A stretch of DNA of 64,000 nt, taken from contig JBDRMG010000018.1 in the NCBI GenBank assembly GCA_043812495.1, positions 7,651-71,650 of the forward strand, written 5' to 3'. Each line of letters starts with the position of its first letter. Within the stretch, counting starts at the first letter, position 1. This DNA is from Candidatus Omnitrophota bacterium (GTDB taxonomy: Bacteria > Omnitrophota > Gorgyraeia > Zapsychrales > JBDRMG01). The position numbers were made by a program, and so were the translations under genes. Below, piece by piece: positions 10,733 to 19,898 of the stretch. The notes under the pieces are model-generated. The model saw only the letters and a program-made list of their open reading frames with translations. It did not search any database and was not told the DNA's origin.

Positions 10733-10954
10733 TTACCTTCCGAACAATTGAAAGATGATTAAAATAGCCATAATAGATATGGCCTCGACAAAAATAAGCA
10801 AAACCACCATCCCCATGAAGATCTTAGAGGCCGCGGATGGATTACGTCCTAAAGCTTTAATAACGGAATAACCCAAGACAGCAATCACAACAGACGGTCC
10901 CATGACCGCAATAAACATAATCGAAATAATGATAAAGGATTCTGCCCAACGCAT
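10733..10954 (-). CDS. atpE: F-type ATPase c subunit (proteolipid)
   Basis: 73 aa. Two TM helices and a polar loop GRNPSAASK. Conserved acidic residue in helix 2 (LLIFVEAISIMAIL). Confidence 0.8.
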   Translation of the reverse strand: MRWAESFIIISIMFIAVMGPSVVIAVLGYSVIKALGRNPSAASKIFMGMVVLLIFVEAISIMAILIIFQLFGR

Positions 10955-10990
10955 ATTTTATTGAATTACACTCCTGTCCATGCCAACCAC

Positions 10991-11317
10991 TTAACCCCCA
11001 TCACCCTCGGGTTTCTCCTGAGCAAAAACAATATCTTCTTCTTTGGTTTTCTTAACCTTCTCCTGCTCTTCCTGTTCGACCAGGACAATGCAATCATTCG
11101 CGAAGAATCGGATGACGCCGCCTCTAATCGGAACCGCTTCTTTCCAATCAATAATGATGCTGCCTTTCTGCAAGATACCCAAAACAGGATAGTGATAGGG
11201 CAGCAATTCATATTCGCCCGTATCTCCCGACAAGAAGACACTATGCACTTCGTTCTCGTAAATGAGCGCATCGGGTGTCATAATCGTTAATTTGAATGTT
11301 CCTTTGTATCGAGCCAT
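10991..11317 (-). CDS. atpC: F-type ATPase epsilon subunit (N-terminal beta-sandwich; short acidic C-terminus)
   Basis: MARYKGTFKLTIMTPDALIYENEVHSVFLSGDTGEYELLPYHYPVLGILQKGSII...GGVIRFFANDCIVLVE aligns with the epsilon N-domain (L.VV.P....F.G.V..V...G..GE.GI.P.H.P.L..L..G). The C-terminal helical hairpin is replaced by an E/K-rich tail. Confidence 0.7.
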   Translation of the reverse strand: MARYKGTFKLTIMTPDALIYENEVHSVFLSGDTGEYELLPYHYPVLGILQKGSIIIDWKEAVPIRGGVIRFFANDCIVLVEQEEQEKVKKTKEEDIVFAQEKPEGDGG

Positions 11318-11662
11318 GTTAAGGAAATATTATAATTGCATTTGCTTGATCCCCGCCCGCCATTGATTCAGTGGCGGGCGGGGTCAAACCCAGCGGGGAA
11401 TCCCCGCCTTTATTTAAGGCGGGGAGGAGAGCAAATACCAGCAACAAAGTTGCTGGTCAAGCTCTGCTTGAAAAACAATTTATCAAGTACCACGGCTGTG
11501 GGTATCTATTTCGGTCATGCACTTATGTTTCCGTCAATTCGATAAAATCGAATTGACGAGACCTCGCTAAATTTTGAGAAAATGTGCGGGCACTATCGTT
11601 CCATAAGCGCGGGCCTCATTGATTAGTAAGAGTTCTTGTTGAGTAGCCTTTCTTTGCAATCG
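11318..11662. repeat. Palindromic repeat cluster inside the atp gene array (family A)
   Basis: 345-bp non-coding gap between atpA and atpC. Contains AATATTATAATTGCATTTGCTTGATCC, hairpin ccccgcccgccattgattcagtggcgggcgggg, cggggaatccccg, and the perfect palindrome cgtcaattcgat-aaa-atcgaattgacg (also at 28243-28269). Confidence 0.7.
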
Positions 11663-13204
11663 TCAGCTCCCTTTCGCCGTTGTCGCCTTATCCAGCGCAT
11701 CCTCCCCCACGCCAACTTCCTCGGCTTCCTCTTCTTCATCCTTGGGTCTTTTAGCTTCCGCTTCTTTAATGTAGTCTTTAATCACGCTCTCGAAACCTTT
11801 GGTGATTTCATCGTCTATTTTTTTTCTTTCGCGCAGGATCTTCAATAGATCCGGATTCTTTTTCTGACAAAAGGGCGCAATTTCATTCTGAAAGGCCTTG
11901 ACCTCGTCAATCGTCAATTGCAACAGAAGTTTCTTAGTGTAGGCATAAAGAACAAAAGCCAGTGCCTCCAGGGAAACCGGGCTATCTTTGTCTTGCTTGA
12001 TGATTTCAGTTAAAATTTCGCCTGTCTTCATCTGTTGCTGGGCTTCTTCGGACTGTCCGGATGATTTTAATTTAGAAACCCGCAATAATTCCCTGAATTG
12101 GATATAATCCAAACGCAAAGAACCGGTGAATTTCTTGATGACAGGCCATTGGACTTTACTTCCGACGCGAGAAACGGAAAGACCGATATCCACGGCGGGC
12201 TTCTGCCCTTCTCCGAAAAGCGGCGTGCTTAACATGATTTGGCCATCGGTCATCGAAATAAGATTCGAGGAAATATATCCCGTCAAATCTCCTTCTAGAA
12301 TTTCGACAATAGGCAAAAATGTCATCGAACCTCCTCCATGGTCTTGGTCCAAGAAGGCGGCTCGCTCAATCATCTTCGAGTGCAAGTAAAAAATATCTCC
12401 CGGATAAGAGTCGCGGCCGGGCGGACGTCCCAATAATAGAGAAATTTCACGATAACACCAGGCATGTTTAGTAAAATCGTCAAAGCCGACAATCACATCT
12501 TTTCCCTGATTCATAAAATGCTCGCCGATAGAACAGGCCACGTAGGGAGCCAAGTATTGTTGTCCGGGCGGACAGGAAGCAGTGGCCGAAACAATGATCG
12601 TGTACCTAAAGCACTCGTGATCTTGGAATAGCTGTACAACCTTAGCTAAGGATGATCTTGATTTTCCGATGCAGCAATAGATACAAACAACATTTTTTCC
12701 CTTTTGATTCAGAATAGTATCTGTAATAATTGTTGTTTTCCCCGTCATTTTGTCGCCAAGAATGAGCTCTCTTTGACCATAACCAATAGGGATCATGGTA
12801 TCCAATACCTTAATCCCAGTCTCTAAAGTTTTACACAAAGGAACTCGGGCCAAAATAGGAGGGGCATTAATAAAAATAGGCGCCATTTTATCATGCTCAA
12901 GAGGCCCTAAGCCGTCAAGCGACTCCCCCAAAGGATTGACAATCCGCCCCAATAATTTGTCGCCAACGGGAACAAGAAACGGCTCCAGAGAAGCGACCGC
13001 CTTATCACCAGTCTTGATCTTCTCTGTCTCCTTAACGATCAGAACCTGGGCCTCGGTCTCGTCAAAACCAATGATGGTTCCTTCTGTCCCATATCCAAAT
13101 TTGATGAGCTGTCCGCTGATGCAGTGTTTAAAACCCGTCACCACAACGATACATCCGCGGATACACCGGACCCGTCCAATCTCTGTATAACGTAAATCTG
13201 CCAT
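11663..13204 (-). CDS. atpA: F-type ATPase alpha subunit (N-terminally truncated, Cys-rich variant)
   Basis: Aligns to canonical alpha from the beta-barrel onward. Walker A GDKMTGKTTIITDTILNQ. ...ATASCPPGQQYLAPYVACSIGEHF..., ...LLLGRPPGRDSYPGDIFYLHSKMIERAA, ...SVSRVGS. The ~30 N-terminal residues that normally bind delta are missing. RBS GGAGC 8 nt upstream of the ATG. Confidence 0.85.
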   Translation of the reverse strand: MADLRYTEIGRVRCIRGCIVVVTGFKHCISGQLIKFGYGTEGTIIGFDETEAQVLIVKETEKIKTGDKAVASLEPFLVPVGDKLLGRIVNPLGESLDGLGPLEHDKMAPIFINAPPILARVPLCKTLETGIKVLDTMIPIGYGQRELILGDKMTGKTTIITDTILNQKGKNVVCIYCCIGKSRSSLAKVVQLFQDHECFRYTIIVSATASCPPGQQYLAPYVACSIGEHFMNQGKDVIVGFDDFTKHAWCYREISLLLGRPPGRDSYPGDIFYLHSKMIERAAFLDQDHGGGSMTFLPIVEILEGDLTGYISSNLISMTDGQIMLSTPLFGEGQKPAVDIGLSVSRVGSKVQWPVIKKFTGSLRLDYIQFRELLRVSKLKSSGQSEEAQQQMKTGEILTEIIKQDKDSPVSLEALAFVLYAYTKKLLLQLTIDEVKAFQNEIAPFCQKKNPDLLKILRERKKIDDEITKGFESVIKDYIKEAEAKRPKDEEEEAEEVGVGEDALDKATTAKGS

Positions 13205-13225
13205 AAATCCATTTGCTCCTAAGTG

Positions 13226-13231
13226 ATTATA
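13226..13231 (-). promoter_or_regulatory. Possible -10 box (TATAAT) upstream of atpA
   Basis: Minus-strand reading ggccatgaTATAATcacttaGGAGCaaatggatttATG. A TATAAT hexamer sits 22-27 nt upstream of the alpha start. No convincing -35 found. Confidence 0.2.
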
Positions 13232-13290
13232 TCATGGCCATTTAGAAATACTACGGCAAAATAAGAAAATACACCCCTCTTAAGGTTTTT

Positions 13291-14658
13291 TTAAGTTTTT
13301 TCTTCTTCAGGATTCTCTGCTGCCTTCACTTTCTTGATGGTCCCTCCGGCCTTAACGGCCAATTCCTCTCCCATGATTTGAGATTTTTTCCACCACGTAA
13401 AGAAGTGAATGGATGTAAAGAAGACGATAAAGATCAGGATGCCGTAAATAATTCTCCAGGTTGTGGTCATGGTCGGTTTTTTGCCGAAGATCGCTTCCGA
13501 AATAGCCGCGATTCCGCGCAAGGCCTGTAATTTCTGCAGGATATTCGTGACTTTACTATTCTCTAATTTTTCGAGTTTCTTGGCCTTGACCCGCGCCAAC
13601 AATAATTCGAGCTTATCGATTTCTTCTTGAACATCTTTGAACCGCTCTTGATTTGTTCGAAAAGCGCCGATATAACGGCTCATATTCTGACGATTTTGCT
13701 GCGTTTGCTGAATAAGATCAAGCAAATTAAGAATTCTGTCTGAGATAAAACTGGCTCCTCCCTCGTATTCTGAGCCCTCCATTTGCTTAACGATATCTTC
13801 CGTGTGCATGAGAAAGGCGTCAATTTTCTCTTGAGATATTTGCCAAATGTCTTTAATCTCAATGGTGTATTTCTTCTTCTCGTGGGGTCCAAGCTCCTCG
13901 CTTTTTGTTAAATAGGATTGTTGCTTTTCCTGGCTAAAGCGCATATCAAATCCTTGAAGCTCAATAATATGCTCGGCCCTCACTTCTTGAGGCAGAAAAT
14001 GTCTTTGGGTAAACGTTTTTTTCTCATCATAAGGATTCTCGATTTCAATCACAAACCGCACCGTTTGTGTTGTTTCTGTCGCGGGCCGCTGTTCCGATTT
14101 GAAGTAATCGGCAGAGAAGGCATTTTTTCTTATTTTCTCTATCGAATCCACGTTCGCGCGATATTCTTCGATGCGACGCTCGATATTATCCGAATAGTTG
14201 ACCTGCGAGGCAAGGATGCGATCAAGCTTATCGATCATATTTTGCCCTAAAATTCCTGCGCTGGCTTGATAATCCGTCCCTTGAAGTTGGGAAACATTCT
14301 CTTCGATCTGTGTCCTAAGAATGTCCACTTCTTCTTGGGTGATCCGCCAGACATCCTTGACTTCGATTTTAATCGTTTTTGATTCCTTGGGCTGAAGCTC
14401 AACAGTTCCAAAAAGAAAATATTGTGATTTATCTAAGTCGTAATCAAGTTCCAGCCCACCGCTATTAACGACATTATCGGGTGTTATTTCTTTAGGGAGA
14501 GGATATTTGATGGGTTCGGTTTTCGTTTCATCTGGTGAAGCGTTCACGGCAACCAAGTTAATATAGATATTGGCGTAAGTGACATGACTAAAGACAAAGA
14601 CGGAGAGCATGAAGAAAAAAGCAAGAATTGTGTGTTTAAAAAAGATATTTCTCAGCAT
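13291..14658 (-). CDS. Hypothetical secreted, C-terminally membrane-anchored protein with a tandem internal duplication
   Basis: 455 aa. N-terminal signal peptide. Two ~130-aa homologous segments (...VELQPKESKTIKIEVKDVWRITQEEVDILRTQIEENVSQLQGTDYQASAGILG... / ...EELGPHEKKKYTIEIKDIWQISQEKIDAFLMHTEDIVKQMEGSEYEGGASFISD...). Coiled coil, then C-terminal TM WRIIYGILIFIVFFTSIHFFTWW. Confidence 0.55.
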   Translation of the reverse strand: MLRNIFFKHTILAFFFMLSVFVFSHVTYANIYINLVAVNASPDETKTEPIKYPLPKEITPDNVVNSGGLELDYDLDKSQYFLFGTVELQPKESKTIKIEVKDVWRITQEEVDILRTQIEENVSQLQGTDYQASAGILGQNMIDKLDRILASQVNYSDNIERRIEEYRANVDSIEKIRKNAFSADYFKSEQRPATETTQTVRFVIEIENPYDEKKTFTQRHFLPQEVRAEHIIELQGFDMRFSQEKQQSYLTKSEELGPHEKKKYTIEIKDIWQISQEKIDAFLMHTEDIVKQMEGSEYEGGASFISDRILNLLDLIQQTQQNRQNMSRYIGAFRTNQERFKDVQEEIDKLELLLARVKAKKLEKLENSKVTNILQKLQALRGIAAISEAIFGKKPTMTTTWRIIYGILIFIVFFTSIHFFTWWKKSQIMGEELAVKAGGTIKKVKAAENPEEEKT

Positions 14659-14666
14659 AATAACAA

Positions 14667-17600
14667 TTATTCTCCACTTTCAAAATATGTTTTAACGACA
14701 ACGTCTTGTTTCTCGACAGACTCTTTAATGGCAGAAACTTTCACGATAATCTCACTAAGTTTATTGTCGATTTTCGCCGCATCGACAATTGCTCCGCTTT
14801 CAAAAGGTTGAACCTCAACGCCTTCGCCGACCAAACCCACAGCCTTGGCGCTCTCGTTGACAAAATTCGTCAATGTATCAATGATCTCTGCAGCCAATGT
14901 ATTGGATTCGACTTGACTTGCGGAAATCGCTTCTGCGGAAGTCCTCAATTCTGCCATGAGCTTTTGAATATTTCCGACCTTCTCATAAAAGACGTCGGCC
15001 CTCCCTTGAGCGCCGATTTCAGCGCGAATACCTTGGACCTCCTGCAAAACGGCGCCCGCATTGCTTTTGGCCGTATCGATATTATCCGCCATATCGCTTA
15101 AACCCGATAATGAACCAAAGATTGTTGTCGTGTCTGCATCGGCATCTGTTCCCATAAGCGTCTCGACATTTGAAACAGTTGTATCAATAGTATTAATAGT
15201 GCCGAAGAGCGTTGTTGAGCTTGTATCTGTTGAGCTTCCGACCGTTGTTGTCAGAGTACTTAAAGACGTCTTGATGAGTGTAATATCACTTGACAAATTA
15301 ACACCGCTAATATTATTCACAGCATCAAGCACACCGGCGATTTTTCCAAAAAGGGTATTGCTGGAGGACGTGTCGGTGGCCGCGCCAATTAACGTGTTCA
15401 TGTTTTGTACGCTTGTGAGAATGCTTGCGACATTGGCAACCAGAGCACGCGCATTGTCCGCAAGATAGGCGATGTCGCTCCAATTGACGTTCGCATTGCT
15501 CATAAAAGCAAGATCGCTCCAGTTAATCCCGGTCGTGCTTGACGCGCCCATGTCAGTCCAATTGATCCCGGTTCCCGACATATAAGAAATATCAGCCCAG
15601 TTAACCCCGGAATCGGTCATCACATCAATATCGGCCCAGTTGATGCCTGTGTCACTCATGGCATCGATATCGGCCCAGTTGATGCCCGCGTCAGACATCA
15701 CGCCAATATCGGCCCAGTTGATGCCAGCGTCAGACATAATATTGATATCATCCCAATTAATACCGCTTTCGCTTAAAACTTCGATATCTTCCCAATTGAT
15801 GCCTGCTGCGCTAAGATCGCGAATACTGGTCCAATTCACGCCTGCCTTGGTCAAGACATTGATATCTACCCAATTGACCCCTGTCTCACTTAAGACTTGA
15901 AGATCATCCCAGTTGATACCGGCTACAGATAACATCATCATGTCGGTCCAATTAATACCCGCTTGCGCTAATTCTCCCAAATTATCCCAATTAACTCCAG
16001 CCCCTGACATTTCATTAATATTATCCCAGTTGATGCCGGCAGAACTTAAATCATCGATACTTGTCCAATTTATCCCCTTATCAGACATAATCTGAATATC
16101 ATCCCAGTTGATTCCTTTGTCTGATAGGACATCAATATCTGCCCAGTTGATGCCGGCATCCGAAAGGACATCAATATCCGCCCAGTTGATGCCGGCATCC
16201 GACATGTCGTTGATGCTGGTCCAGTTGATGCCTTTATCGCTCAAGACATCGATATCCGCCCAGTTAATACCCGTGTCCGAGAGGACATCCAAGTCCGCCC
16301 AGTTGATGCCAGCATCCGACATGTCGTTGATGCTGGTCCAGTTGATGCCCTTATCCGAAAGCACATCGATATCGGCCCAATTGATGCCCGCATCGCTCAT
16401 GACATCTAAGTCTGCCCAGTTGATGCCGGCACCAGAAAGAACCTGCCAATCCGCCCAATTGACGCTGGCCTTGGTCATGATCTCCAGGTCATACCAATTT
16501 AGGCCTGCATCGCTCATAAGATCCAGGTCGTTCCAATTGACGCCGGCTGTGGTTAATTCAGCTAGATTATCCCAATTCACCTGCTCGGTCCAGTTGACAC
16601 CTGATCCGGTCATATAGGCTAAGTCGTACCAGTTGACCGCGGCCTCGCTCATATACTCGAGGTCTTCCCAGTTGATGCCGGCGTCCGAGAGGACATCCAA
16701 GTCCGCCCAGTTGATACCCGCATCCGAAAGGACATCGATATCCGCCCAGTTGATGCCTTTATCACTCATGACATCGATATCCGCCCAGTTGATGCCTTTT
16801 TCGCTCATGGTATAAATGTCTGTCCAGTTGACGCCGGCGGTGGTCAGGTCATAGAGGTCGTCCCAGTTGACACCGGCATCGGACATTTCCGCGATATCGT
16901 CCCAGTTGATGCCGCCTAAGGTCAACTCCTCAATATCGGTCCAGTTGATGCCTTCGGTCGTGAGGACGTTCAAATCCGTCCAGTTGACACCTTTTGTGGT
17001 CAAGACCGCCATATCGGTCCAATTGATGCCTTTTTTGGTCATGATTTGGATATCGTCCCAATTGGCCTTGTCGATTTCGGTATAAATCGCCGCGACTTGG
17101 GTGTTGATGTCCGTCGCGTAATCCAAGATTTGACCGATTTGTTTTGCCGCGGATACGTTTAATGCAAAAGAACCGCCGTAAGCGGTCGTACAGGTTATTG
17201 TTGGTTGCGCAAAATAGGTATAATCTTCATCGGCCGGCGTCCATCCTGAATAACTAAAAACATCCACGTCAAGATTCCGGTAAGTCATGCTTTTGTCATT
17301 GCAGCTACCGGAACAGCCGGTTGTTACGGCAAGCGTGTTTGGGTCAACAATATCTAATGTGGCTGAGCAGCCTGAAAGGTCTTGCGGTACACCGTTTTTC
17401 TCAAGCCAGGAAATCACATTGAACGCCCCTGCCGTATCTTCATAAATCAAATACCCTTTTATTTCATAGATATCCGTGCCGCCAGGATTATAGAAAATGT
17501 AAAACGTATTGGAATCGCAGGTAATGCTTGTATCAGTGCTCAAAGTCGCACGTAAACTATAATTAACACCAGGGTTATCTATATTGATTCCATCACCCGT

Positions 17601-18641
17601 AAAATCCGCCACGCCATCCACCAGATTCATGGAACAGGTGCCGCTGGTACAGACCGCGCCGGCATCCACAAGCGTGCCGTTGGCCGGATTATTTAAGATC
17701 GTAAAACTCATGGAATCATCCGACCACGTTCCTATGGAGATTGTTTCGGGATTATCGTTGTAAAGAGTGATAATAGGCTGGGGGGCAAAAGCGGTGTCTT
17801 CGATTGTATCGGGAATCGTGTTCCAACCGCAGCTAGCGGGTGTGGTATCCATCAACGGCGTCCAGGCCATAGCGCTCGAATAGGATAAGAAGGTATTGCC
17901 AAATGCGTAACATCCTGCCGGAAGGCACGAACAACTCAAACTATTGTCGTTTTGACTATAATCTCTTGCTGTGCTAAAGTTAAAGCTATTCCCATCTGAT
18001 TTATCGTCAAAAGGCCAATAGGCTTGAAGATTGGCAGGGCGTATTTGAAGGGGCATCCCCTTGATGTAGGATTTATAAAGCAAGCCAACATCTGTTGAAT
18101 TTAATTCTGTGTTCCAAATGGCTAATTCGGTTACCCGACCATCGAAAAACTGGCCAGCAGATCCGCTTTGACCAAAAGAGAGGGTGGTTGAACTAGTATT
18201 AACTGCTAATGAACAATTATTCGTTCCCTGGCTAACGCCATTGACATACCACGTAATGGTGTCTGGGGTTGCATCCACATCCCGAACGGCTACGATGTGT
18301 TGCCAAGCTGTTGTTGCTGTATATGAACTTGTGCAGTCTGCGCCATCTTGATGCATAAAAACGAGGTTTGCTAATCCGTCCCAGCCGATGCCAAAGTTAC
18401 CCGTTCTACCGGCCGCTGTTCCTTTAATGAGAACTGTTGTTGCGGAAGCCACGGTATCGGGTTCAATCCAAAGACTAATGGTCATGTCCCCTGCGATTTG
18501 AAGAGAAGCGTCGTTCGCTTCGGTGCAAGAGTCGGAACCGTCCATTTCAATCATAGCAAAGCATAGACGACTGCTTAGAAAAAAGGCCGTAGCGATGATT
18601 GAGATGCTAAGCCAAATTTTGAGATTTTTTGATTTGATCAC
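14667..18641 (-). CDS. Giant secreted surface/adhesin-like protein: LamG/ConA-like lectin domain + Cys-rich region + ~42 x 13-residue INW-repeat array + C-terminal TLFG repeats
   Basis: 1324 aa. Signal peptide. LamG-like segment (…WQHIVAVRD…WYVNG…FFDGRVTELAIWNTELNSTDV). Long array of units like SDAGINWADIDVL. Three C-terminal D(T)SSTTLFGxI... repeats. Acidic, Thr/Ser-rich. Confidence 0.7.
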   Translation of the reverse strand: MIKSKNLKIWLSISIIATAFFLSSRLCFAMIEMDGSDSCTEANDASLQIAGDMTISLWIEPDTVASATTVLIKGTAAGRTGNFGIGWDGLANLVFMHQDGADCTSSYTATTAWQHIVAVRDVDATPDTITWYVNGVSQGTNNCSLAVNTSSTTLSFGQSGSAGQFFDGRVTELAIWNTELNSTDVGLLYKSYIKGMPLQIRPANLQAYWPFDDKSDGNSFNFSTARDYSQNDNSLSCSCLPAGCYAFGNTFLSYSSAMAWTPLMDTTPASCGWNTIPDTIEDTAFAPQPIITLYNDNPETISIGTWSDDSMSFTILNNPANGTLVDAGAVCTSGTCSMNLVDGVADFTGDGINIDNPGVNYSLRATLSTDTSITCDSNTFYIFYNPGGTDIYEIKGYLIYEDTAGAFNVISWLEKNGVPQDLSGCSATLDIVDPNTLAVTTGCSGSCNDKSMTYRNLDVDVFSYSGWTPADEDYTYFAQPTITCTTAYGGSFALNVSAAKQIGQILDYATDINTQVAAIYTEIDKANWDDIQIMTKKGINWTDMAVLTTKGVNWTDLNVLTTEGINWTDIEELTLGGINWDDIAEMSDAGVNWDDLYDLTTAGVNWTDIYTMSEKGINWADIDVMSDKGINWADIDVLSDAGINWADLDVLSDAGINWEDLEYMSEAAVNWYDLAYMTGSGVNWTEQVNWDNLAELTTAGVNWNDLDLMSDAGLNWYDLEIMTKASVNWADWQVLSGAGINWADLDVMSDAGINWADIDVLSDKGINWTSINDMSDAGINWADLDVLSDTGINWADIDVLSDKGINWTSINDMSDAGINWADIDVLSDAGINWADIDVLSDKGINWDDIQIMSDKGINWTSIDDLSSAGINWDNINEMSGAGVNWDNLGELAQAGINWTDMMMLSVAGINWDDLQVLSETGVNWVDINVLTKAGVNWTSIRDLSAAGINWEDIEVLSESGINWDDINIMSDAGINWADIGVMSDAGINWADIDAMSDTGINWADIDVMTDSGVNWADISYMSGTGINWTDMGASSTTGINWSDLAFMSNANVNWSDIAYLADNARALVANVASILTSVQNMNTLIGAATDTSSSNTLFGKIAGVLDAVNNISGVNLSSDITLIKTSLSTLTTTVGSSTDTSSTTLFGTINTIDTTVSNVETLMGTDADADTTTIFGSLSGLSDMADNIDTAKSNAGAVLQEVQGIRAEIGAQGRADVFYEKVGNIQKLMAELRTSAEAISASQVESNTLAAEIIDTLTNFVNESAKAVGLVGEGVEVQPFESGAIVDAAKIDNKLSEIIVKVSAIKESVEKQDVVVKTYFESGE
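15470..17075. repeat. In-frame 39-bp tandem coding repeats (~42 copies) encoding the 13-aa INW(A/T)D(I/L)DV(L/M)SD(A/K)G unit
   Basis: Visible as a periodic DNA run (…gatatcggcccagttgatgcc(g/t)gcatccga(a/g)agga/cat…). It produces the spurious plus-strand ORFs 15640-17085 in the ORF track. Near-identical copies make this region prone to assembly collapse or expansion. Confidence 0.8.
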
Positions 18642-18665
18642 GATTATAGGAAATTCAATTTTTTG

Positions 18666-19232
18666 TTAATTGGTTGTGTATTCTAGCGAAAAGGCCCGGA
18701 GCTCCAAATCACCTGTGGCCGTATCATCGGCATCATCGTGGTCTCGATTGACTCTAATAATCACTAAATCATTAGCGGCCACGCTATCGGCATTGGTCAA
18801 TGTAATGCTGATTTCATCGATAATTCCTGCCGTCCCCGGAACAGCCGTTCCCCCTGAGACTTCATTGACCGCATCAAAGCTTGCCGTGTCCGGATCGCTT
18901 TCGCCAACTGTTAAGGCCATCACTTCCACTTCTAAATCTACATTACCGCTCGTGGCCGATGCCATCGTATAGATTAATTTGGCACTCAAGGCAGAAGAAT
19001 AATTGGTCGGCATACGGAACATCCATGTCGCGCTTTCTGTCTGTGTCGTTGAAAACAGCAAATTCCAAGACGCGCTTGTTCCGTCTATCCTTGCTGAGTT
19101 TGTTATATAAGAACCGTATATTCTTGCCGCATGAACCGGAAGGATCATTGTGCTCGTTGTTCCCGCAAAACTATTAATCGCTGGGGTCATCCATAAGAAG
19201 AAAATAACAAATAAAAAAAGTCTTTTTTTCAT
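18666..19232 (-). CDS. Secreted hypothetical protein, paralogue 1 of a tandem triplet
   Basis: 188 aa. Signal peptide (…INSFA|GTTSTMILPV). Shares with 19294..19869 and 19899..20489 the motifs GT(T/A)xT(x)ILP(V/I)..A, SW(R/N)LLF, (Q/T)(D/N)Y(S/F)S, KL(L/I)Y(T/S)M(A/V)S(A/T)TSG(K/N)VD(M/L)EV(E/Y)V(M/H)AL, ESDPD(T/S)A, AANDLVIIRVNRDHDD.DDT and the C-terminus DLELRA(F/V)(S/T)LEYT(T/S)N. Confidence 0.6.
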   Translation of the reverse strand: MKKRLFLFVIFFLWMTPAINSFAGTTSTMILPVHAARIYGSYITNSARIDGTSASWNLLFSTTQTESATWMFRMPTNYSSALSAKLIYTMASATSGNVDLEVEVMALTVGESDPDTASFDAVNEVSGGTAVPGTAGIIDEISITLTNADSVAANDLVIIRVNRDHDDADDTATGDLELRAFSLEYTTN

Positions 19233-19293
19233 TGATTCTCCTTAGCGCTATCCATTCTTTTTTTCATACAAAGATTCTTCCTAGAGCCATGCC

Positions 19294-19869
19294 TTATCTA
19301 TTTGATGTGTATTCTAAAGTCACTGCCCTCAGTTCTAAATCCGTTGTTGCCGTATCGTCACTATCGCTGGGATCTCTCTTGATTCTCAAACGGACCCAAT
19401 CATTGGCAGCCATACTATCGTCATTGGCTAACGAAATGCTTATCTCATCTAAGATGCCGGCTGTTCCGGGGACGGTTGTCCCCCCCAAAACTTCATTGAG
19501 AGAATCAAACTGAACGGCGGAGTCCGGATCGCTTTCATCATCGGAAAGGGCGTGCACATAGACCTCCATATCGACTTTTCCGCTTGTCGCTGATACCATT
19601 GTATACAATAACTTGATGACAGGAGCGGAAGAATAATCTTGCGGTAGAGCAAATATAAACTCGACTATTTCCCCCAATGATGTTCCATCAAATAACAGGC
19701 GCCAGGCTCCGTTTTGAGCATCCAGGTTGGGAAGATTTGTCATTCCATGAAATTTTGCGGCTTCGATGGGTAATATCAGCGTTGCTGTCGCTGTCCCGGC
19801 ATAAGCCGCTCGGTTAAAAAGACCCACCGATATCAATGTGAACATGAATAAAAAGATATAACGTTTCAC
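19294..19869 (-). CDS. Secreted hypothetical protein, paralogue 2 of a tandem triplet
   Basis: 191 aa. Signal peptide (…NRAAYA|GTATATLILPI). Same conserved blocks and C-terminal LELRAVTLEYTSNR. Confidence 0.6.
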   Translation of the reverse strand: MKRYIFLFMFTLISVGLFNRAAYAGTATATLILPIEAAKFHGMTNLPNLDAQNGAWRLLFDGTSLGEIVEFIFALPQDYSSAPVIKLLYTMVSATSGKVDMEVYVHALSDDESDPDSAVQFDSLNEVLGGTTVPGTAGILDEISISLANDDSMAANDWVRLRIKRDPSDSDDTATTDLELRAVTLEYTSNR

Positions 19870-19898
19870 GCGATCTCCTTATGTTTAATTCGTTATAT

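Noticed and set aside
15470-17075. Possible CRISPR array because of regular ~39-bp repeats
   Set aside because: Repeats are contiguous with no unique spacers, are in-frame within a long ORF, and encode a conserved peptide unit. No cas genes nearby.
15640-17085. Series of plus-strand ORFs (86, 60, 169, 60, 72 aa) with monotonous S-A-Q-L-M-P-A-S motifs
   Set aside because: They are the antisense reading of the 39-bp tandem coding repeats of the minus-strand giant protein. Periodicity and low complexity are inherited, not evidence of coding.
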